This document shows positions 56,482 through 64,000 of a DNA stretch of 64,000 nucleotides, piece after piece. The stretch covers positions 32,001-96,000 of the forward strand of contig JBBISL010000002.1 in assembly GCA_037441285.1 (NCBI GenBank), given 5' to 3'. The translations under genes were made by a program, and so were the position numbers. Positions within the stretch are counted from its first letter, which is position 1, and each line of letters starts with the position of its first letter. This stretch comes from a candidate division WOR-3 bacterium. GTDB lineage: Bacteria > Hydrothermota > Tepidihabitantia > Tepidihabitantales > Tepidihabitantaceae. The notes under the pieces were generated by a model. That model made no database searches, was not told the DNA's origin, and was given only the letters and a program-made list of their open reading frames with translations.

Positions 56482-57548
56482 AGCGCCGCCTCCGCCTTTT
56501 CCAGCGCCTGAAACAGCGGGTCAAGTTCGCCATCCAGCACCGCCTCGAGATTGTGAAGTGAAAAACCAATACGATGGTCCGTAACCCGGTTCTGGGGAAA
56601 ATTATAAGTACGAATCTTCTCGCTCCGCTCACCGGTACCGATTTGCTTCCGTCGGGTCTCAGTCGTACGCACCAGCTCCTCCTGACGCCGCATATCACCC
56701 AGCCGCGCCCGTAGCACCTTCATCGCCTTCATTCGGTTCCGCGCCTGTGACCTTTCATCCTGGCACACAACCGTGATTCCGGTTGGAATATGGGTAAGCC
56801 GAACCGCCGAACTTACCTTATTAACATTCTGTCCGCCGTGCCCGCCCGCCCGAAATGTCTCCATTTTGATTTCATCCGGATTCACCTTCAACTCAAACTC
56901 CTCCTGCTCTAAGAGCACCGCGACCGTAACCGTTGAAGTGTGAATCCGCCCCGAAGCCTCGGTTTCCGGCACCCTTTGCACCCGGTGGACACCGCTCTCA
57001 AACCGAAAGAACCGGTAAGGCGAATCGCCCTCTACTGAAAACACAATCTCCTTAAGCCCCTTCAGGTCGCTGGGCCGGGAAGAAAGCACCTCCACCTTCA
57101 AGTTGTGCCGCTCCGCATACCTTGAGTACATCCGGAACAAATCGGCAGCAAAAAGCGCCGCCTCCTCGCCGCCGGCCGCAGCACGAATCTCTACGATACA
57201 CCCCTTATCCCATTCCGGTGGTTTAGGCCGCAACGCTTCCTCCAGTTCGGTCACCAGTTTCTCCTCTGCCTCCTGCAGCCGTCGCAACTCCGCCTCAGCA
57301 AGTTCTCTCATCTCCGCATCCTGGGCGTTGCGGGCGACCTCTTCCGTATCGCGCTGCTCCTTTTTTAACCTTTCATACTCAGTCCAGCGTGCCAGAATCG
57401 TACTCAACTGCCGATGTTCTCTGGTCAACATCTGAAGCCGAGTAACATCTCCCATCACCTTCGGCTCGGCAAGTAACCGCTCGACCTCTGCCTTGCGCTG
57501 CGCCAGCTGTTCAAACCTCTTTTTATACTCCTCAAAAACAACCGCCAT
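56478..57548 (-). CDS. prfA: Peptide chain release factor 1
   Basis: [19 protein letters not shown] (PxT), [18 protein letters not shown]. Confidence 0.97.
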   Translation of the reverse strand: MAVVFEEYKKRFEQLAQRKAEVERLLAEPKVMGDVTRLQMLTREHRQLSTILARWTEYERLKKEQRDTEEVARNAQDAEMRELAEAELRRLQEAEEKLVTELEEALRPKPPEWDKGCIVEIRAAAGGEEAALFAADLFRMYSRYAERHNLKVEVLSSRPSDLKGLKEIVFSVEGDSPYRFFRFESGVHRVQRVPETEASGRIHTSTVTVAVLLEQEEFELKVNPDEIKMETFRAGGHGGQNVNKVSSAVRLTHIPTGITVVCQDERSQARNRMKAMKVLRARLGDMRRQEELVRTTETRRKQIGTGERSEKIRTYNFPQNRVTDHRIGFSLHNLEAVLDGELDPLFQALEKAEAAL

Positions 57549-57694
57549 AAACGCTTTCTTTCACTTAAAACTAAAGGAAACGACCTGATAGGCTCAAAGG
57601 GAAACGGACACTAACGCTCTGGTATTTTCCAGCCACAACTCATTATCTTTACCACAAAACCACTGTCAACAACCTCCCACAACCCGAATTTAAC

Positions 57695-57723
57695 TTGACA
57701 GGCAACTATTATCCTTCTATAAT
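57695..57723 (+). promoter_or_regulatory. Consensus sigma70 promoter
   Basis: TTGACA-17-TATAAT; aaggagg SD at about 57813. Confidence 0.85.
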
Positions 57724-57821
57724 CAAATTGGCTGCGGGTAGCAGCTGGGCTGAGATTAACACTCAACCCCGGGTTACATTTTTAATTGATGAAACCAAAC
57801 GCAGGCAATTAAAAGGAGGCT

Positions 57822-60800
57822 ATGATGAGAAACCTGATTGTCGGTTTAATTGTGCTCTTGACGCTGGGGTTTGCCGACACCCTTCTTGTTGAAAACTTTG
57901 ACACACTCTGGACGCCCCAAAGCCCGCCACCGGGCTGGACCGTAATTTACGACACTCTAAACCCCCAGAATTATGCTGATTGGCACCGGGAACCGGCAAA
58001 CGCCGCACCCTGGACCGACCATCCTTCACCTTATCCGGCAATCTTCTGGCAACTGAACCAGAATCAGACCCCGGATATGCTTATCTCTCCAGTCATTAAC
58101 TGCGCCACCTATCGCAACATTGTGCTCACCTGCAGCACCTACTTCTCACACCGAATATCTAACTCCTACACCGCTCAGATTCGCTACTCCATTGATGGTG
58201 GTCAAACATTTCCCTATGTCCTCCAAGACTATTACGAGCAAAATGTCGGACCAGGGGTTCTCGAATCTTTTGAACTAACCTCGGCAACAAGGCGCGATAG
58301 TGTTGTCATTGCCTGGATATTCCAGGGTGATTTGTTCAACATCAACTGGTGGATGTTTGACGATGTCGTCGTTACTGGAGACTCCATTCTCGCTTACGAC
58401 ATCCGCTGCCAGCGCATAATTCGACCCGACTATTTCGAACTTCCGGGTAACCTCTATCCTCAAGCCCGCTTTCGCAATATCGGTTTACAGGACCAGTATA
58501 ACATTCCGGTCTTCTGTGAACTTTTTGATAGCCTTGGCAACTCGCTCTACCTGTGGCAGGATACCATTGATACGCTCCTTGCCCTTACTGGAGAAAAGGT
58601 GTCGTTTTTTGACTCCACATCGTTCCCTCTGACCGGAGGCAACTACTCAATTAAATTCTGGTGTGCTGCCGACTCCGACTACAATCGTGCTAACGACACC
58701 CTGAGCCGCAACTTTATTGTATCAACCCTCGAAGAGATTGCCAATGACAACGGCACGCCTGCCGGCTATCGCACCTGGCCCGTGGGTCATTACGGCTGGG
58801 GTGCTAAGTTTTCTGTTACCTCGCCCGTTTTTATCGAATCGCTCAAGGTCTATCTAAACTCGCCCGCTAATCCGGCACATTCCCGGTATCAACTTGCTAT
58901 CGCACCGGACCTTGGTACCGGAATGCCTGGACCATTCATATTCAAAACCCCGGTTCTCTACGCCGCACCGGGTGCGGGCTGGAACTCGGTATTTGTCGCC
59001 GACACCGGGGAACAGATTCCAGTGGTTGGTGACTTCTATGTTTTCTATCTCCAGGTTGGCGAACCGCCGGAATGTCCTCAACTCGCCAACGACGGCAATC
59101 TGAATAACCCCAACAATTACTGGACCTACTATCGGGATGGAACAATGCTGCCGGAAACACCACCCGGTGACCTGATGCTTCGGGTTATTGTCAATCACAA
59201 TCCGCTTACCCCTGCAAATCAAGACGCCCGGGTGACATTCATCGAGCAACCGCTCTATGAGTTCATCCAGCGTCCATTTGATGCTCCCTGCCCGATTCGC
59301 GCCCACATTGAAAACTTTGGCACCGACAGTTTATACAACATCCCGGTTCGCTGCTCAGTCATCGACATAAGCCACAATCCTCTTTTTACCGCCTCGGCAA
59401 CCATCGCTGCCCTCGGACCCGGAGACGAGATTGCGGTCGATTTCAACGGCTGGGTTCCCACAACCGCATCCCAGCCCTGTTCGGTCATTGTCTACTTTGA
59501 CTGGACCGGCTCGCCGATTGTAGACGAGGTACCGCAGAACGACGACCGCCGGTTTGGTTTTGACCTCCTCAAAGGCGCCTATACCGGCAGGGTCACCGCC
59601 GGCTATGCCTGGATTGACTCAGACACAACCGGTGGTCCGGTTTACTCCTGGATTGACACGAGTGGTGCTAACATCGCCATCCAGCGCGAAGATGAATACC
59701 GAATCTTTGTGCCTATCGGTTTTGACTTCCCCTACTCCGACACCACCTACAACAACTGCTATGTCTGCACCAACGGATGGCTATCGCTCGGTTACGACCC
59801 CCACGAATTCGCCCCAAGCCCCGAACGCATCCCCAATAGCAACCTGCCCAATGCCCTTATTGCCCCCTGGTGGAACGACCTTGAACTTCGCTCCGCAGGA
59901 AAGGTCTATTACAAAACAATCGGACAATCACCCAACAGACAGTTCGTCGTCATCTGGCAGGATGTCAACCTGAAATACACCGACACCACCGACCTCTTAA
60001 CCTTTGAAGTCATGCTCAACGAAAACGGTACCGTGGTGTTCCAGTATCAGGATGTCACCACCGGTGACCTGAATTACGACTATGGCAAAAACACCTCTAT
60101 CGGCATTGAAAACAAAGAAGGCAATGGGGGCGTCAATTACCTCTACTCCCTGCCACCGCTTTCAACGGCAACCAACGACCCTCAGAACCGGCTCACATCC
60201 GGACGTGCGATAAAACTGTACCGCGAGTTCCGCGATGCCGCGGCACTTGACATAGTAACGCCCGCCACCTATACATTCCCGGAGACACTTTACCCGCAGG
60301 TCAAAATCCAGAACTACGGCACCGTCGGCGATTCTATCTGGGCTTATCTAAGAATTAACCCCGGCTCCTACTTTGACTCCGTCCTTGTAACTGGACTGGC
60401 ACCCGGTGCCGAAACTACCGTAACTATGCCCAGCACCTGGTATGGTCGAGGCACCTTCTCGGCAGTATGCTCCACCGCAATGGTTGGTGATATCAACCCG
60501 GCTAACGACATCTTCAGCAAAGTCTTTATCTCATCTTCCTGGGTGCAACGCGAGGATATCCCAATAGGTCCTTCCCGCCGCAAGGTGAAAAACGCCTCAC
60601 TCGTTTATGTTCCGGTGACCAATAAACTGTATGCGCTGAAAGGTGGAAACACAAACGAATTCTACTCTTACGATATCGCTACCGGTACCTGGGAGTCGCT
60701 ACCAAGTATGCCTTTAGACCCGTCCGGCAAGAAGGCAAAAGAGGGTTGTGACCTTACTTATGACCAGTTCACCGGTACCCAGGGTACCATCTGGGCAATA

Positions 60801-61832
60801 AAGGGCGGTGGTGTGCCCGACTTCTTCTCCTTCGACATCGCCACCCGAACCTGGCAGATAAGGCGGTCGGTCGGCGTCCGCGGCCAAACCTTCCGCTGGC
60901 CCAAAATCGGGGCTGCCCTTGCTTATGTCCCGACCCATGGTCCTGAAGGTGCGGTTTACTGCGCAACCGGCAACAACTCTTTAACCTTTGTCCGCTACGA
61001 TATCGGAGCTGACACCTGGGCACGCTGCCCGGATGTGCCATTTATTCCGCTGCGCCGTCGTTCCTGTCGCTACGGCACCGATATGGTCTACGATGGTGAC
61101 AGCATCATCTACCTGCTCAAAGGTAACAACACCACTGAGGTCTGGAAATACTACCCCGCGTTTGACTCCTGGTATCTCACACCCCTTGACCAGGTCAGTT
61201 TGATTGGCAATCGGAATCGCCGGGTTAAGGCGGGCGGTGCGATAACTTATTTGAACTCAAACCTCTTTGTCCTCAAAGGTGGCAACACCCAGGAGTTCTG
61301 GTCTTATCCAATCGGTGTTCGGGACTCCTGGGTTCAGCGTTCTGACATCCCGATTGCACTCACCGGGAAACGAACCAAGGTGAAACGGGGTGCCGCACTT
61401 GCCGCTGCGGGCAACGCCATCTTCTGCCTCAAAGGCTCTTATGTTTATGAATTCTGGGAGTATCGTCCGGAAACCGATTCGCTCGGGAACACGCTATTTT
61501 TCTCCTCATCGCCTGAGCGTCAGGGAGTAATGGCAGAAAATACGCCACTCCCATCCGCGACCGAATTGGCTCTTTTCCCCAACCCCATTGGAAAAAACAA
61601 CCTGACCATATTGTGCAATTTACCAACATCACAGCATGTCCGCCTTATCATCTATGACGCTACCGGCGCTCAAATCAAAAACCTTCTCAACAGCACCTTA
61701 CCCGCGGGTCGACACAAATTCACCTGGAACCTTATCACCGACAAAGGAACCCTTGCACCACCTGGCGTCTATTTCTTAAAACTGGAAGCGGGTAACAAAG
61801 TATACTCTCGGAAACTGATAGTCCAGCGTTGA
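57822..61832 (+). CDS. Large secreted protein: cleaved-adhesin-like, CARDB-like Igs, nidogen-like, Kelch propeller, FlgD/T9SS-like CTD
   Basis: Signal peptide; ENF...PPGW...FDDV; GGPVYSWID...TNG...APWWNDL; LKGGNT.EF Kelch repeats; FPNP...IYDATG...W...G..A.GVYFLKL. Confidence 0.8.
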   Translation: MMRNLIVGLIVLLTLGFADTLLVENFDTLWTPQSPPPGWTVIYDTLNPQNYADWHREPANAAPWTDHPSPYPAIFWQLNQNQTPDMLISPVINCATYRNIVLTCSTYFSHRISNSYTAQIRYSIDGGQTFPYVLQDYYEQNVGPGVLESFELTSATRRDSVVIAWIFQGDLFNINWWMFDDVVVTGDSILAYDIRCQRIIRPDYFELPGNLYPQARFRNIGLQDQYNIPVFCELFDSLGNSLYLWQDTIDTLLALTGEKVSFFDSTSFPLTGGNYSIKFWCAADSDYNRANDTLSRNFIVSTLEEIANDNGTPAGYRTWPVGHYGWGAKFSVTSPVFIESLKVYLNSPANPAHSRYQLAIAPDLGTGMPGPFIFKTPVLYAAPGAGWNSVFVADTGEQIPVVGDFYVFYLQVGEPPECPQLANDGNLNNPNNYWTYYRDGTMLPETPPGDLMLRVIVNHNPLTPANQDARVTFIEQPLYEFIQRPFDAPCPIRAHIENFGTDSLYNIPVRCSVIDISHNPLFTASATIAALGPGDEIAVDFNGWVPTTASQPCSVIVYFDWTGSPIVDEVPQNDDRRFGFDLLKGAYTGRVTAGYAWIDSDTTGGPVYSWIDTSGANIAIQREDEYRIFVPIGFDFPYSDTTYNNCYVCTNGWLSLGYDPHEFAPSPERIPNSNLPNALIAPWWNDLELRSAGKVYYKTIGQSPNRQFVVIWQDVNLKYTDTTDLLTFEVMLNENGTVVFQYQDVTTGDLNYDYGKNTSIGIENKEGNGGVNYLYSLPPLSTATNDPQNRLTSGRAIKLYREFRDAAALDIVTPATYTFPETLYPQVKIQNYGTVGDSIWAYLRINPGSYFDSVLVTGLAPGAETTVTMPSTWYGRGTFSAVCSTAMVGDINPANDIFSKVFISSSWVQREDIPIGPSRRKVKNASLVYVPVTNKLYALKGGNTNEFYSYDIATGTWESLPSMPLDPSGKKAKEGCDLTYDQFTGTQGTIWAIKGGGVPDFFSFDIATRTWQIRRSVGVRGQTFRWPKIGAALAYVPTHGPEGAVYCATGNNSLTFVRYDIGADTWARCPDVPFIPLRRRSCRYGTDMVYDGDSIIYLLKGNNTTEVWKYYPAFDSWYLTPLDQVSLIGNRNRRVKAGGAITYLNSNLFVLKGGNTQEFWSYPIGVRDSWVQRSDIPIALTGKRTKVKRGAALAAAGNAIFCLKGSYVYEFWEYRPETDSLGNTLFFSSSPERQGVMAENTPLPSATELALFPNPIGKNNLTILCNLPTSQHVRLIIYDATGAQIKNLLNSTLPAGRHKFTWNLITDKGTLAPPGVYFLKLEAGNKVYSRKLIVQR

Positions 61833-61854
61833 AAAACAGGTGAAACTGAGATAC

Positions 61855-61884
61855 GGGGGCGGTAAGTACCGCCCCCAATTTTTT
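61855..61884 (+). terminator. Intrinsic terminator between convergent genes
   Basis: GGGGGCGGTA-AG-TACCGCCCCC followed by AATTTTTT. Confidence 0.85.
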
Positions 61885-61920
61885 AAATTACTAAGTCTGT
61901 CCGCCGAATTTAATGTATAA

Positions 61921-62202
61921 CTAAAACCGATACCAGAGATAGATTGCCAGAATCAACAAAAGCACAGCAAAAGTAGTTAAGGCAAATGAAATCCCGAATG
62001 TTAATGTCGCAAACCCAAGATTCAGTGTAAAAGTTGGTACGCCAATCTGCATCGACTTGAAAAAGAAATCGCGTACCGGACCAGGAGGGAATAGTCCGGA
62101 AAGAAAATAAGAAAGTATGCTCCCGGCAATTCCTGCCACAATTATTGCCAGAATTAAAAGCCCAATTGACCTGCCACCCGCACGCACTCCTCTACTTTTC
62201 AT
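61921..62202 (-). CDS. DUF4321-like small membrane protein
   Basis: G...G..L....P.G.V..FF....IG.....LNLGF..LTFG pattern; aaggag SD. Confidence 0.7.
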   Translation of the reverse strand: MKSRGVRAGGRSIGLLILAIIVAGIAGSILSYFLSGLFPPGPVRDFFFKSMQIGVPTFTLNLGFATLTFGISFALTTFAVLLLILAIYLWYRF

Positions 62203-62246
62203 AGTTTAACTCCTTTACCGCTAATATAACAACCTGAGGCTTTTAA

Positions 62247-62750
62247 TCAAGCATATTCTTTTACCCGTGACTGAATCAACCGGGCAAGGATGCCAATCAA
62301 TGTACCAGTGCCGACACCGATCAGAACGAGCACTGGTAAAAACCGCCACAGCGCCGAACTCTGAATTAGTACAAACCGGGCAACGAGAAGCTGGCCGATA
62401 TTGTGAAATACGCCGCCCACCACACTTATCCCCACAACACTAACCGCCTTTCGCCCCAAAACCCAGAGCAGAACCATCGCCGCCAGCGAAATAACACCCC
62501 CGACCGCGCCGAAAAAGAAAAAAGGCGAAAGGAATCTCCCGGTGATAATCGAACCCAAAATCAACTTTATGAAAAAGACAACAACCGCACCAATGACCCC
62601 TAACTCATCGAGCGCCAGAACCACCGCCACATTCGCAATTCCGAGACGCAACCAGGGCAAAGGTGTTGGTAGGTAGTTCTCCACGGTGTATAGCCCGAGG
62701 GCAAGAGCCCCATAAATCGGTATCCGACTTCTTTTATCGGGTAATCCCAT
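62247..62750 (-). CDS. Gx transporter family / heptaprenyl diphosphate synthase component I-like membrane protein
   Basis: E..LP.PLPW.RLG.AN, SVVG.SV.GG..HN.GQL; start ATG 62750. Confidence 0.85.
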   Translation of the reverse strand: MGLPDKRSRIPIYGALALGLYTVENYLPTPLPWLRLGIANVAVVLALDELGVIGAVVVFFIKLILGSIITGRFLSPFFFFGAVGGVISLAAMVLLWVLGRKAVSVVGISVVGGVFHNIGQLLVARFVLIQSSALWRFLPVLVLIGVGTGTLIGILARLIQSRVKEYA

Positions 62751-63105
62751 CAATACCATCACCACTTTTAACACTTTTAATCTGAACCATCACCCGATTG
62801 GGCGCACACACGCTCATCTGTCCTGAACTTTGAATCCAGCCCGTCCGGACACATATTTTATTCCGGCAATCCGAATCCCGCACCCGGACCTGTTTACCTC
62901 GCACCTCAACCACCGTTGTTCCCACCGGTCCATTAAGGGTGACAACGGTATCGGCCGGCAGGGCAATTGTCTGAACTCCTTCAACTGATTTAATCACACA
63001 AACATCGCCTGACCCCGCCTTATTCCAGATTAAAACACCACCGCCTGCTCCCACGACAAGAAAAAACGCAATCAAGATGATATCACCGACCTTAAATATT
63101 TTCAC
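62734..63105 (-). CDS. NusG domain II-containing protein
   Basis: KVGDIIL TM anchor; V..SDCRNKICVRTGWI...GQ..VCAPN; GTG 63105 overlaps the amrS stop. Confidence 0.88.
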   Translation of the reverse strand: MKIFKVGDIILIAFFLVVGAGGGVLIWNKAGSGDVCVIKSVEGVQTIALPADTVVTLNGPVGTTVVEVRGKQVRVRDSDCRNKICVRTGWIQSSGQMSVCAPNRVMVQIKSVKSGDGIDGITR

Positions 63106-64000
63106 AAAATTATGTCGACCTTCCTTCCACAACGCTGACAGCGACCATCCTTCACCCCGACAACTCTGCCCCGGTACTCACTACGGTCAACCAATTTCGT
63201 ACCACATCTTGGACAGAATGTGTCCCGAAACCTTTCGCCCAGCGCAACATTACCTAAATACACATAGTCCAGTTTCTTTGCCGCCATCTCGGCGGCTCGA
63301 ACCAGTGTTTCCAGCGATGTGGGCGGTTCCTCTACCCGGTATCGGGGGAAAAAACGGGATAAATGCAACACCGTTTCCCGGCCCAGACTGGCAACGAAAT
63401 CGGTCAATTCAGCCATCTCTGCCTCAGAATCATTTTTCCCGGGAATCAACAGCGTTGTCAATTCCACAAGACATCTCGTTCGTGCCGTCCTTATTGTATT
63501 TAAAACGGTCTCAAGGTCGCCGTGGATATAATCCTGATAAAACTCCTTTCTGATCGATTTCAAATCGATGTTCATCGCATCAACTATCGGTAAAAGGTCA
63601 TTCAGAGGTTCGGGGTTAATCATTCCATTTGTTACCAGCACATTCTTAATTCCCGCCTTACGCATCAACTTTCCGGCGTCCAGCAAATATTCAAACCAGA
63701 TAACCGGTTCTGAATAAGTCCAAGCGATAAATCGGCATCCCCACTGCAAGACCAGTTTTACCAGTTCCTCAGGCTCAACATAACGGCTCGCTGCCCTTTC
63801 CTGAGAAATCTCCCAGTTCTGGCAGAAGGGACACCGCAGATTGCAACCATAAGTCGCAACTGAAAAAATCTCCACTCCGGGATAAAAGTGGTAAAGTGGC
63901 TTCTTTTCAATCGGGTCAACCGCCATCGATACCACTTCACCATAATTGGTGGCAAAGAGTTTGCCGTTGATGTTTTGTCTGCCCAGACATCGCCCTGATT
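63102..64000 (-). CDS. amrS: AmmeMemoRadiSam system radical SAM enzyme; 5' end truncated
   Basis: DPIEKKPLYHF, GCNLRCPFCQNWEISQ, TYSEP, LH.SRFFP.Y, VYLGN, CPRC; frame stays open to the window edge. Confidence 0.92.
   Translation of the reverse strand, partial: SGRCLGRQNINGKLFATNYGEVVSMAVDPIEKKPLYHFYPGVEIFSVATYGCNLRCPFCQNWEISQERAASRYVEPEELVKLVLQWGCRFIAWTYSEPVIWFEYLLDAGKLMRKAGIKNVLVTNGMINPEPLNDLLPIVDAMNIDLKSIRKEFYQDYIHGDLETVLNTIRTARTRCLVELTTLLIPGKNDSEAEMAELTDFVASLGRETVLHLSRFFPRYRVEEPPTSLETLVRAAEMAAKKLDYVYLGNVALGERFRDTFCPRCGTKLVDRSEYRGRVVGVKDGRCQRCGRKVDIIL

Noticed and set aside
57740..57810. TPP riboswitch suggested by GCTGAGA
   Set aside because: The ACCTGAT...TAAT..GCGNAGG half is missing and the downstream gene is unrelated to thiamine
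1..64000. CRISPR arrays, tRNA/rRNA, prophage, IS elements, inteins, Sec recoding
   Set aside because: None seen by eye; dedicated tools were not run, so small RNAs could have been missed

Overview
Gene-dense 64 kb window of a diderm bacterium. The gene content suggests the FCB superphylum, most like candidate phylum WOR-3 (inference: T9SS/FlgD-type C-terminal domains, PorV-like barrel, GWxTD proteins, Minf_1886 family). It is mostly housekeeping: dnaE, glyS, prfA-prmC-nadK, pyrKDFE, tmk, mutM, ogt, plsX, fabD, truD, thiC, mtnA and ino1. It is also rich in envelope genes. I found no rRNA, tRNA, CRISPR array, integrase or transposase. Main observations: (1) An 8-gene operon (31.7-22.9 kb, minus strand) encodes an Ig/FlgD cargo-like protein, a PorV-like barrel fused to FlgD, a large TPR protein, ExbB, two ExbDs, TonB and a FlgD/OmpA-like protein. 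One ExbD has Cys in place of the motor Asp. This looks like a motor-driven outer-membrane transport or secretion machine. (2) A 132-bp non-coding element (18-bp perfect palindrome, 60-bp spacer, 54-bp conserved block) occurs twice, in inverted orientation, about 35.8 kb apart. (3) A BamH/BamG-like lipoprotein-barrel pair is coupled to plsX. (4) Many sigma70 promoters sit 5-7 nt before start codons, suggesting leaderless mRNAs. (5) Exported proteins are enriched in Bacteroidota-type D(S/T)x O-glycosylation sequons. (6) The Tol-Pal cluster lacks tolB, and its Pal lacks the peptidoglycan-binding Asp. Family assignments are from motif recognition by eye; no database searches were run.
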